This document shows positions 50,508-64,000 of a stretch of 64,000 nt of DNA, in pieces (positions within the stretch are counted from its first letter, which is position 1; each line of letters starts with the position of its first letter). Origin of the DNA: Dendrobates tinctorius (Eukaryota); NCBI RefSeq assembly GCF_039654945.1, contig NW_027361696.1, forward strand, positions 17,980,001-18,044,000, written 5' to 3'. Below the pieces are notes generated by a model, which saw only the letters and a list, made by a program, of their open reading frames with translations, did no database searches and was not told the origin of the DNA. The translations under genes were made by a program, and so were the position numbers.

Positions 50508-53500
50508 TTTTAGTCTCCCTTACAAGCTTCACTTCATCACTGGCTTTAGCTCTTCTAACGCTTGCACTACAAACAGCAATTATATTCTTCTTTGGATATG
50601 CCTCCCTCTTTCCATTTACAGTATATACTCGAGTATAAGCCGACCCGAGTATAAGCCGGGGCACCTAATTTTGCCACGGAAAACTGGGTAAGCTTACTGA
50701 CTCGAGTATTAGCCGGGTATGCATTGTCACCTCATCCCTGTCCTGCTCTGTGTGGCTCTCCCCCCTCCCAGTATGCATGGCTCGGCTCCCCCGTTCCATC
50801 CTTCTATGTATGGCTCAGCTCCCAGTGCTCCCCCCGTCCTCCTCAGTGCTCCCCCAATCCTCTTCCGTCATACTTACCCTCCTCGTGCCATCGCAGAACG
50901 TCCCTGCATCCTCCATTGTCCCAGGGCTGGCAGCTTCTTCCTGTGTTGAGCGGTCATGTGGTACCGCTCATCAAGGTAATGAATATGTTTCCATGCCTAT
51001 GGGAATGGAGTCGTATCCATATTCATTACCTTAATAAGCGGTACCACGTGACCACTCAACACAGGAAGAAGCTGCCGGACCTGGGACAATGGAGGATGCA
51101 GGGATGTTCAGTGATGGCACGAGGAGGGTATGATGTCCCAGCCACCGGTTCCTGCCGCCGCTCCCCCTCCCCCGCTGGCTTTCTGCACAATGACTAATGA
51201 CATTTTCAGCACAAAAAAAGTGCTGAAAATCTCAGCTTATACACGAATATATATGGTAATATACATTTCTTTTTTTGCCTTTTTAACAAGTGATTGACTT
51301 CTGTGTTCATCCAGCCTGGTCTCTTTAAATTCTTCCAATTCTTTCATCTTTTCGGGATTGTTAATGATTGTCCGGTGAGAATTTCAATTAGTAAAATCTC
51401 TCATCTTCCCTGGGCATTTCTGTCCTTTAGAACATCCGGCCATTGGACCTTTCCTACCCTGTTTGAGTCCATTAAAATCTGCCTTTCTGAAGACCAACCT
51501 TAAAGTCTGAGTCCTCGCTGGTTTTCCTCCTCTTGTAATCCAAAATTCTAGGGTAACATGATCACTGCCTCCTAAATTCCCAGCCACCTTCACTTCCTCA
51601 ACTATTTCCTCCCTGTAGGTAACAATTAGGTCCAAGATTGCAGATCCTCTGGTTCTCTCTTCTATGTTTTGTAAGATAAAGTTGTCAACAAGAGAAGATA
51701 AGGATTTCCTGGACCCAGTACTTTTGCCTGAGGGAGATTCCCAACATCTGGATAGTTAAAATCTTCCATGATCACTATGTTGCACTTTTTTAAGAACAAA
51801 GATATCCATATCTTCAGTCTGTCCAGGAGGCCTATAGTAAACACCTTCAATCGCGTTATTTCTGTTCTTCTCTCCTTTTAACAGAGCAACCAGTCTCTGA
51901 AGCTTGGATCTCTGGGGAGATATGTTTTCCTAACATACAATGCAACACCTCCTCCGCTCTTGTTAACCCTGTTTCTAATAAATAAGTTGTAGCCTCCAAG
52001 GTTTGTATTCCAAGCATGTGTATCGTCCACCAGGTTTCAGTGATGCCTATGATGCCATATCTCTCTTCCTGTGTTAGCAGCTCCAATTATCCTTGTTTGT
52101 TTCCCATTCTCTGTGCATTTGTCTACACATTTTAGTTTCTAGTTGGTTTCTCCTGCTCCTCTATCCCCCTCGCTAATACAGTGTACCCTTGGATATCGGT
52201 ACTCCACCCCCCAACTGACCCATAGTACCGCTCTTCCCTAGACTGACGTCCCCTGGGGGGCCTCATTACAAATTAGGCTGAAATGTAGAATAATTGTTTT
52301 TTTTCTGCCTGATCTCAAGCTTCAACTCTTTATAGGCTTCATTTACTGTCTGAATTTGTTCCCATTCGCACTGATAGACTCGGGTTCTTTCTTCCAGGAA
52401 AAGACATAAAAGACAGTCTTATCTGTATGTGATGTCCAACAGCTGAGGGTTTGTTACACTTATATCTAGCCTAAACAATCCTGTGAGGAAAACACTAGCA
52501 GCGGCGCCAATCTCTCTCGCCTTGTCACAATGTATTGGTGAACTTTCCAGACTGTATATCTCACAATCCAGACTGGATACAATTGTAACAAACCCTCAAC
52601 TGTGAGAAGAATTAGGTCAGATTTTCTTCCTACTGATCATCCCAGCGTTACTTCACCAGATGAGGACTCCACTCTGGAACTTTATAAGACTGGTTGAGCC
52701 GTATTCACATTATGTTTAATTTTTGCATTTCTTTTTTTTTCAGCTCCGGAAATGTGTGGACACCTACAAGTATCTGTTTGTTCTGTCTGTGGAGAACATG
52801 AGGAACAACAAGCTGAAGGACGTGCGAAACGCCTGGAAGCACAGCCGGTACCCCACTCTCGTACTGTCCTGAGAACAATGGGTTAATCAGTGTAAAGGCC
52901 TATTCCCATCTTCATAGACGGATATTGTCAGACAGTGTTGTAAATAGAAGTTATTTCTCAGTTTCCTATTAAAATCTTTAGCCGTTCTGAAGTTATCACT
53001 TTTTTATAAATTGTCGCCTTGGAGACCGACCACTATTGATGCACAGGACATGTGCAGTGCTTGTAAATGTTTTTTGTGTAGGGCTTTCAAGCTCTGCTCT
53101 GAAGCTGCCAGGATCGCTGGAGCACATTGTTACCTCCTAATCCCAATCAGATTCAGCGCAGCTTACAAGCAAGACAGCAGCGGTGGTCGGTCTCCTAGGC
53201 AACAAGCTGTAGACAAACGTTTCTATCACGAGAATGGCTGCAAAGTTTGATAACCAATAAATTGCTTTTTTTTACCGTCTATTTGAAGATGGGAATAACC
53301 CTTTAAAGGGACCCAGACCACAGATGCAACCCTATGATTTATCATAAGAGACTATACAGACATGGAGAGAAGAGTATGAGCGGCCGCTCCATCCAAGAAT
53401 GGAGATAGTGACTAGAGTTGATCGAATTTGTTCGGATTCGGTTCCGAACACAATCTGCAGCGAATGTTGTTTTTGCAATATTCGTCGAACACAGCCGAAC

Positions 53501-56500
53501 ATCATTAGTCAGTGGGAGTCGAAATTACCGAATATGTTCGAAACCGATCATCAGACATACATTCAGCACAAATAGGGTACCAATATGGCAATTTCAGATT
53601 CTGCGACCGAATCCAAACAAATTCACTCAACTCTAACAGTGACCCCAGCCTCCCCCCAACATCAGGGTATGATCCCACAAATCTTCTGGATGATGGAGCA
53701 AAAATCCCCACGCCTCCAAAATCCTGAAGAAATCCTTCCCAGAAGATCACAGCCATTATATCTGCCGTGGAAGGACCCCATATTAATGTCTATGGAGGAC
53801 AGAGAAGCCCCCCGGAGGTGGACATGGCACACATTTCCTCAATATGATGCCTCTTCTCTTCCTCTCTACACAGTAGTCTTGCTTCTTCTCCTCTCTGCAC
53901 AGTAGTCATGCCTCTTCTCCTCTCTGCACAGTAGTCATGCCTCTTCTACTCTCTGCACAGTAGTCATGCCTCTTCTCCTCTCTGCACAGTAGTCATGCCT
54001 CTTCTCCTCCTCTCTGCACAGTAGTCATGCCTCTTCTCCTCCTTCTCCTCTCTGCACAGTAGTCATGCCTCTTCTCCTCCTCTCTGCACAGTAGTCATGC
54101 CTCTTTTCCTCCTCTCTGCACAGTAGTCATGCCTCTTCTCCTCCTTCTCCTCTCTGCACAGTAGTCTTGCCTCTTCTGCTCCTTCTCCTCTCTGCACAGT
54201 AGTCTTGCCTCTTCTGCTCCTTCTCCTCTCTGCACAGTAGGCTTGCCTCTTCTCCTCTTCCTCCTCTCTGCACAGTAGTCATGCCTTTTCTCCTCTTCCT
54301 CCTCTCTGCACAGTAGTCATGCTTTTTCTCCTCTTCCTCCTCTCTGCATAGTCATGCCTCTTCTCCTCCTTCTCCTCTCTGCACAGTAGTCATGCCTCTT
54401 CTCCTCCTCCTCCTCTCTGCACAGTAGTCATGCCTCTTCTCCTTCTCTCTGCACAGTAGTCATGCCTCTTCTCCTTCTCTCTGCACAGTAGTCATGCCTC
54501 TTCTCCTTCTCTCTGCACAGTAGTCTTGCCTCTTCTCCTCTTACTCCTCTCTGCACAGTAGTCATGCCTCTTCTCCTTCTCCTCTCTGCACAGTAGTCAT
54601 GCCTCTTCTCCTTCTCCTCTCTGCACAGTAGTCATGCCTCTTCTCCTCTCTGCACAGTAGTCATGCCTCTTCTCCTCCTTCTCCTCTCTGCACAGTAGTC
54701 ATGCCTCTTCTCCTCTCTGCACAGTAGTCATGCCTCTTCTCCTCCTTCTCCTCTCTGCACAGTAGTCATGCCTCTTCTCCTCTGCACAGTAGTCATGCCT
54801 CTTCTCCTCTCTGCACAGTAGTCATGCCTCTTCTCCTCTTTGCACAGTAGTCATGCCTCTTCTCCTCTCTGCACAGTAGTCATGCCTCTTCTCCTCTCTG
54901 TACAGTAGTCATGCCTCTTCTCCTCTCTGTACAGTAGTCATGCCTCTTCTCCTCTCTGTACAGTAGTCATGCCTCTTCTCCTCTCTGTACAGTAGTCATG
55001 CCTCTTCTCCTCTCTGTACAGTAGTCATGCCTCTTCTCCTCTCTGTACAGTAGTCATGCCTCTTCTCCTCTCTGTACAGTAGTCATGCCTCTTCTCCTCT
55101 CTGTACAGTAGTCATGCCTCTTCTCCTCTCTGTACAGTAGTCATGCCTCTTCTCCTCTCTGTACAGTAGTCACGCCTCTTCTCCTCTCTGCACAGTAGTC
55201 ACGCCTCTTCTCCTCCTTCTCCTCTCTGCATAGTAGTCATGCCTCTTCTCCTTCTCCTCTCTGCACAGTAGTCATTTTCTCCTCTTCCTCCTCTCTGCAC
55301 AGTAGTCATGCCTCTTCTCCTCCTTCTCCTCTCTGCACAGTAGTCATGCCTCTTCTCCTCTCTGCACAGTAGTCTTGCCTCTTCTCCTCCTCTTCCTCCT
55401 GTCTGCACAGTAGTCTTGCCTCTTCTCCTCCTCTTCCTCCTGTCTGCACAGTAGTCTTGCCTCTTCTCCTCCTCTTCCTCCTGTCTGCACAGTAGTCTTG
55501 CCTCTTCTCCTCCTCTTCCTCCTGTCTGCACAGTAGTCATGCCTCTTCTCCTCCTCTTCCTCCTGTCTGCACAGTAGTCATGCCTCTTCTCCTCCTTCTC
55601 CTCTCTGCACAGTAGTCATGCCTCTTCTTCTCCTTCTCCTCTCTGCACAGTAGTCATGCCTCTTCTTCTCCTTCTCCTCTCTGCACAGTAGTCATGCCTC
55701 TTCTCCTCCTTCTCCTCTCTGCACAGTAGTCATGCCTCTTCTCCTCCTTCTTCTCTCTGCACAGTAGTCATGCCTCTTCTCCTCCTTCTTCTCTCTGCAC
55801 AGTAGTCATGCCTCTTCTCCTCCTTCTCCTCTCTGCACAGTAGTCATGCCTCTTCTCCTCCTTCTCCTCTCTGTACAGTAGTCATGCCTCTTCTCTCTGC
55901 ACAGTAGTCTTGCCTCTTCTCCTCCTCTTCCTCCTCTCTGCACAGTAGTCATGCCTCTTCTCCTCTTCCTCCTCTCTGCACAGTAGTCATGCCTTTTCTC
56001 CTCTTCCTCCTCTCTGCACAGTAGTCATGCCTCCTCTTCTCCTCCTCTCTGCACAGTAGTCATGCCTCTTCTCCTCCTTCTCCTGTCTGCACAGTAGTCA
56101 TGCCTCTTCTCCTCCTTCTCCTCTCTGCACAGTAGTCACGCCTCTTCTCCTCCTTCTCCTCTCTGCACAGTAGTCACGCCTCTTCTCCTCCTTCTCCTCT
56201 CTGCACAGTAGTCACACCTCTTCTCCTCCTTCTCCTCTCTGCACAGTAGTCACGCCTCTTCTCCTCCTTCTCCTCTCTGCACAGTAGTCACGCCTCTTCT
56301 CCTCCTTCTCCTCTCTGCACAGTAGTCACGCCTCTTCTCCTCCTTCTCCTCTCTGCACAGTAGTCACGCCTCTTCTCCTCCTTCTCCTCTCTGCACAGTA
56401 GTCACGCCTCTTCTCCTCCTTCTCCTCTCTGCACAGTAGTCACGCCTCTTCTCCTCCTTCTCCTCTCTGCACAGTAGTCACGCCTCTTCTCCTCCTTCTC

Positions 56501-59500
56501 CTCTCTGCACAGTAGTCACGCCTCTTCTCCTCCTTCTCCTCTCTGCACAGTAGTCACGCCTCTTCTCCTCCTTCTCCTCTCTGCACAGTAGTCACGCCTC
56601 TTCTCCTCCTTCTCCTCTCTGCACAGTAGTCACGCCTCTTCTCCTCCTTCTCCTCTCTGCACAGTAGTCACGCCTCTTCTCCTCCTTCTCCTCTCTGCAC
56701 AGTAGTCACGCCTCTTCTCCTCCTTCTCCTCTCTGCACAGTAGTCACGCCTCTTCTCCTCCTCCTCTCTGCACAGTAGTCACGCCTCTTCTCCTCCTCCT
56801 CCTCCTCCTCTCTGCACAGTAGTCACGCCTCTTCTCCTCCTCCTCCTCCTCTCTGCACAGTAGTCACGCCTCTTCTCCTCCTTCTCCTCTCTGCACAGTA
56901 GTCACGCCTCTTCTCCTCCTTCTCCTCTCTGCACAGTAGTCACGCCTCTTCTCCTCCTTCTCCTCTCTGCACAGTAGTCATGCCTTTTCTCCTCCTCCGC
57001 ACAGTAGTGATGCCTCTTCTCCTCCTCCTCTTCTACCTTCCAGGTTATTCTTTGGTAAGAACAAGGTGATGACTGTGGCTCTGGGGAAGGATCCGTGTGA
57101 TGAGTACAAGGACAATTTGCACAAGGTAGGAGGATTTGGCACAAATCCGCTCCGTCCACAGCTCGACACCTGGAATGTTTTACTTATATTGTTCTTATCC
57201 TGCAGTTGGGAAAATCTCTTAAAGGAGAAGTCGGGATCCTGTTCACCAATCGCACGGAGCAAGAAGTCAGAGAGTAAGATATGTCTGGTGTCTTGTCTGT
57301 CACTGTGTTATTTCTGCCGACTCATCCGTCACTGTCCTTGTGATAATGGATGAAGTCTGTGCCGGCCAGGATGTAGATTTTATCCACTGAGTACAGTCAT
57401 GGCCAAATGTTTTGAGAATGACACAAATATTATATTTTCACGTGATCTGCTGGCCTCTGGTTTTTATGTGTGTTTGTCAGATGTTTTTATCACATACAGA
57501 AATATAATTGCAATCATATTATGAGTAGCAAAAGGTTATATTGACAGTTAGAATGAGTTAATGCAGCAAGTCAATATTTGCAGTGTTGACACTTCTTCTT
57601 CCGGACCTCAGCAATTCTCCCTGGCATGCTCTCAATCAACTTCTGGATCAAATCCTGACTGATAGCAGTCCATTCTTGCAAAATCAATGCTTTTATTTTG
57701 TCTGAATTTGAAGGTTTTTGTTTGTCCACCCGTCTCTTGATGATTGACCACAAGTTCTCAATGGGATTAAGATCTGGGGAGTTTCCAGGCCATGGTCCCA
57801 AAATCTCAATGTTTTGTTCCCTGAGCCATTTAGTTATCACCTTTGCTTTATGGCAAGGTGCTCCATCATGTTGAAAAAGGCATTGTTGATCGCCAAACTG
57901 CTCTTGGACGGTTGGGAGAAGTTGCTCTAGGTGGACATTCTGGTACAATTCTTTATTCATGGCTGTGTTTTTAGGCAAGACTGAGAGAGAGCCCATTCCC
58001 TTGGCTGAGAAGCAACCCCGCACATGAATGGTTTCAGGATGCTTGACAGTTGGCATGAGACAAGACTGGTGGTAGCGCTCACCTGGTCTTCTCCGAATAA
58101 GCCGTTTTCCAGATGTCCCAAACAATCGAAAAGGTGATTCATCAGAGAAAATGACTTTACCCCAGTCCTCAGCAGTCCACTCCCTGTACCTCTTGCAGAA
58201 TATCAGTCTGTCCATGATGTTTTTCCTGGAGAGAAGTGGCTTCTTTGCTGCCCTCCTTGAGACCAGGCCTTGCTCCAAGAGTCTCCGCCTCACAGTGCGT
58301 GCAGATGCACTCACACCTGCCTGCTGCCATTCCTGAGCAAGCTCTGCACTGCTGGTAGCCCGATCCCGCAGCTGAAACACTTTTAAGAGGCGGTCCTGGC
58401 GCTTGCTGGTCTTTCTTGATCGCCCTGGAGCCTTTTTGGCAACAAGGGAACCTCTCTCCTTGAAGTTCTTGATGATGCGATAGATTGCACCTCAGTCAAC
58501 AATCTTTCTAGCTGCGATACTCTTCCCTGTTAGGCCATTTTTGTGCAGTGCAATGATGACTGCACGTGTTTCTTTAGAGATAACCATGGTTAACAGAAGA
58601 GAAACAATGATGCCAAGCACCAGCCTCCTTTTAAAGTGTCCAGTGGTGTCATTCTTACTTAATCATGACAGATTGATCTCCAGCCCTGTCCTCATCAACA
58701 CCCACACCTGTGTTAATGGAGCAATCACTGAAACGATGTTAGCTGGTCCTTTTAAGGCAGGGCTGCAATGATGTTGAAATGTGTTTTGGGGGATTAAGTT
58801 AATTTTCTAGGCAAATATTGACTTTGCAAGTAATTGCTGTTAAGCTGATCACTCTTTATAACATTCTGGAGTATATGCAAATTGACATTAGAAAAAATGA
58901 AGCAGTAGACTTTGTAAAAATTAATATTTGTGTCATTCTCTAAACTTTTGGCCATGACTGTACACCATTTTGTATGGTGGTATGGCGCCATCTAGTGCTA
59001 AGCTCTGACCACTTTTTTGAAAAGCGCCATAAAGGGGAGGGTGAGAAAAAATAGAAGTTTATTGAGCAAACATGCGGTTAAAGCTTGTATTTTCTTTTGG
59101 GGTCGGAGGGATGATCATGTCCCCCCCCCCCCCGTAGGTTCCTGAGAGATGCAGTGTAGTTACTAGTTCCTGGAAATATGTGGTCTGTCATTTGGATGTT
59201 TATTAGGAGGCTCAGAGGTCACAGCTGTGTGAGAGATGAAAATAATCAGTACAGTACTGAGCGCAGCTCAGGAGCACAAACTGCAGCTGGTGTTTATTAA
59301 CCTGTGGATGCATTTTTACAGATGGTTTAATCAGTTTAGAGAAATGGATTTTGCCCGGGCCGGGAACAAGGCCACCTACGGAGTGGTCCTGGATGAGGGG
59401 CCCCTGGAACAGTTCACCCATTCGATGGAGCCACAGTTACGACAGCTAGGCCTGCCCACCACGCTGAAGAAAGGTCTGTGCTCGTCCCTCCATACTGCTG

Positions 59501-59981
59501 TATACGAACAGTTCATAGTGTCTGCCTGTTGGGTCACATGCAGGTATTGGGGGACCCCTTCTCAGTAATAAAGAGGGGGGTACTCCCTGTGCAGCGATCA
59601 CAGGTGTTCCTAGAAATCCCCGGCCCAAAAAGATCTGAACTGACTTGTAACTATGCTCCTCCATTTTCCTTTTAGGAGTGGTGACCCTTCTGTCTGAGTA
59701 CGAGGTGTGTAAGGAGGGCGACACCCTAACACCGGAGCAGGCGCGGATCCTGGTTAGTGTACAATGTATTGTACATTGTGATCAGTGCGGTCACCTTGGT
59801 TCTGTACTTGATTTCTTTTTCTTTTTTTAAGAAACTCTTTGGGTATCAAATGGCAGAATTTAAAGTGTCCATAAAATCCATGTGGGTGTCAGAAACCGGA
59901 GAATTCCAGCAATTTGCAGAGGGAGACGAGATGGAGGATGATGATGACGACGACGACGACGAGCAAGAAGAAGCAGAGTAA
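48256..59981 (+). CDS. MRTO4: mRNA turnover protein 4 homolog (ribosome assembly factor Mrt4), complete, 8 exons, 239 aa
   Basis: Exons 48256-48283 (MPKSKRDKK), 48370-48428, 52744-52847, 57044-57125, 57206-57273, 59322-59473, 59676-59752 and 59832-59981 (acidic tail, TAA). Total 720 nt; AATAAA at 60407. Confidence 0.97.
49712..50159. mobile_element. Harbinger-type MITE remnant containing (TA)n and a Tc1 end
   Basis: TAA-GGCTGGGGTCACAC...GCGTGACCCCGGCC-TAA; internal TA + CAGTACAGACCAAAAGTTTGGACACACC at about 49922. Confidence 0.7.
50619..51257. mobile_element. Non-autonomous Tc1/mariner-superfamily element
   Basis: TA-CAGTATATACTCGAGTATAAGCCGA...TCAGCTTATACACGAATATATATGG-TA. Confidence 0.75.
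53413..53635. mobile_element. hAT-type MITE
   Basis: TAGAGTTGA...TCAACTCTA termini; 8-bp TSD ATAGTGAC/ACAGTGAC; termini related to 24986-25244. Confidence 0.85.
53845..57030. repeat. About 3.2-kb pyrimidine-rich minisatellite (28-40-bp units) in MRTO4 intron 3
   Basis: Core CTCTGCACAGTAGTCA(T/C)GCCTCTT plus a variable (CTC/CTT)n spacer; roughly 90 units arranged in sub-variant blocks; ends at the exon 4 acceptor. Confidence 0.95.
57394..58960 (-). mobile_element. Full-length Tc1-superfamily transposon with a DD35E transposase in MRTO4 intron 5
   Basis: TA-CAGTCATGGCCAAA...TTTGGCCATGACTG-TA; reading frame 58587-57571 (338 codons plus stop) with one internal TGA; FSDES, QHDG and [10 protein letters not shown] motifs, with 35 residues between the second D and the E. 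Confidence 0.94.
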
Positions 59982-61099
59982 TGGTTGTCCTGTGTACGCG
60001 GCAGTGGCTTGCTGGAGAGTTACAGTATAGGAAGAGATGAATCTCCAATGCAAAGACTTAATGTTCCAGGGGAACAGAGGCGTTACTGTGTTTTAGCAGA
60101 CGCCATGCTGGATGCAGGACTGCTCCATGTGTAGTGATTACTGTACACGGAGGGTTCAGCCCCAAACTGCCAGGATGGAGGAGCCATCACCAGCGGACAT
60201 TGTACCTCCCATACACCATTGTCATTGGCCATGTGTGATCAGCAGTTAGGTGTCTATGAAGAGGGACACGGCCATATTCACTCTGTGTACATTTCCTGCC
60301 ATGATAAATATACAGAGTGAATATCACCTGATAGACGCTCTGTGTGGTGCAGCTCCTCTCTTCTGTATTGAGTGACAGCACAGACTTCATTGTGAACATG
60401 GAATGTAATAAACTGGGTGACATGGCTTTAACACTTAGTTTGCACGTTTAATTTAAGAGCTATTCCTAAGATTGTATGTTATAGTTGGGGAATAACCTAG
60501 TGATTGCTGGGGCCACAGGCGATCCTGAGCAGGCAGGAGTCTCCCACCCCGTCCTGAATGTATGGCCTCCACTCTGTGGTCTATGGCAATGTTCCCTAAT
60601 TCCAAGCCTCAAGATCCAGCACAAAATCATGGTTTCCTTAGTATTGCACAGAATTGATAATTCCATGTGAAATTTCTGTAAACATGATCTGTTGGTGGGT
60701 CCCGGAGGCCTGGCATTAGGGACCTCTGCTGTAAACATTGGAGCGGAGGCCAATACATGTACACCTCCGCTCCTTTCAGGATGGGGCTGTAGGGATCTGA
60801 TCCGCAGGGGATTCTTTAGAGCAGTTTTGCACATAAACCATTGTGTGCGCCAAATGATGGCGAGAGTTCCCACTTAGATGAATAAAATTTCTGTTCCAGG
60901 GAAATTCGGTGCTTTAGAGAAGCGCACAGCTATTTACCATCCATACAGAACAGGACCAGGCAAGGTTCTCCACTAGTGAATAATCAAAGATCAGATTTTA
61001 TTTAGGAAATCTTTTGCAAGTGTCTGTTGCCAGCTGGAGATGAGGCAAATAAGGCAATTAGGTAGAAATCATAATATAAAAGTCATCCTTTGCATTGGT

Positions 61100-63193
<2,094 letters not shown>

Positions 63194-63234
63194 TTACGTC
63201 TTGAGCTGTACTCACGATTCTGCATAGCTTAAAA

Positions 63235-63665
63235 TTAGTGCAGCTTTTGAGTATAATACAGGAGGTAACTCAGAATCAGTAATGTATGTATGTACCCAGT
63301 GACTGCACCAGCAGAATAGTGAGTGCAGCTCTGGAGTATAATACAGGAGGTAACTCAGGATCAGTAATGTATGTACACAGTGACTGCAGCAGAATAGTGA
63401 GTGCAGCTCTGGGGTATAATACAGGATGTAACTCAGAATCAGTAATGTATGTATGTACCCAGTGACTGCACCAGCAGAATAGTGAGTGCAGCTCTGGAGT
63501 ATAATACAGGATGTAACTCAGGATCAGTAATGTATGCACACAGTGACTGCACCAGCAGAATAGTGAGTGCAGCTCTGGAGGATAATACAGGCTGTAACTC
63601 AGGATCAGTACTGTAATGTATGTACACAGTGACTGCACCAGCAAAATAGTGAGTACAGCTCTGTT
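63235..63665. repeat. 81-bp tandem repeat (about 5 copies)
   Basis: Same unit as 1537-1870. Confidence 0.92.
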
Positions 63666-64000
63666 CAGCTGCTGCTCATTGTGGTGATTGTGGGTGCGGT
63701 CGACACTGATCCTGCTGTGTGCTCCTGAGCTCCAGAGAACCAACACCTCTCCACCCAGGGACCTGCTCTCTCTCCTACCCAGGGAGGTGTGGGTTTCCTG
63801 GGATGAGTGAAGGAGCCAAGTCCCAGGCTTCTGTTTCCCGGACCAGGCCGGCCTGCAAATCAGAGGACACGGGGGTGAAACGCTCCACCAGGAGTCGCAG
63901 CAATGTGGCTCCTACTCCCCCCAGGTCTGCAGAGACATGGAGAAGCCTGCTAGCAGCGTGCAAGATGGCGGTCCTTCCGGAGGAAAGCTGTGTGCTCACG

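Larger units (their letters stand above)
48488..52140 (-). mobile_element. CR1 (L3-like) LINE, internally deleted, in MRTO4 intron 2, with nested DNA elements
   Basis: 3' end ATTCTAGG-like repeats at about 48490; peptides [31 protein letters not shown] and [10 protein letters not shown]. Confidence 0.9.

Noticed and set aside
60466-60873. 135-aa ORF between MRTO4 and AKR7A
   Set aside because: No recognisable homology or splice structure.
63720-64000. GC-rich ORF-like stretch at the window end
   Set aside because: Does not match AKR7 exons and is truncated; possibly a retroelement fragment but unidentifiable here.

Overview
Eukaryotic, intron-rich vertebrate DNA; the repeat landscape suggests a frog (inference). 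The window holds the conserved gene block UBR4-EMC1-MRTO4-AKR7A: UBR4 (5' exons 1-9, minus), EMC1 (complete, 23 exons, 984 aa, minus), MRTO4 (complete, 8 exons, 239 aa, plus, head-to-head with EMC1) and AKR7A2-like (last 4 exons, minus). Introns and intergenic space are packed with mobile DNA: L2, CR1 and L1 LINEs; a Gmr1-type Gypsy LTR element carrying a nested DIRS1 element and a MITE; a second, internally deleted DIRS; Tc1-family elements; and Harbinger/hAT/piggyBac-like MITEs. Several large minisatellites explain most of the long spurious ORFs. The most notable observations are minisatellites built from splice-site sequences (an amplified EMC1 donor and an acceptor-like array in MRTO4), a DD35E transposase interrupted by a single 12-nt micro-inversion, an 18-nt micro-inversion in a DIRS terminal repeat, a 2A/StopGo-like peptide in an L2 element, an inverted G-rich minisatellite in EMC1 intron 1, a MITE hairpin in the probable EMC1 3'UTR, and a nested foldback with hammerhead-like motifs in an AKR7A intron. 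I cannot demonstrate a wholly new biological system from sequence alone. Exon and element coordinates were derived by hand and may be off by a few bases.
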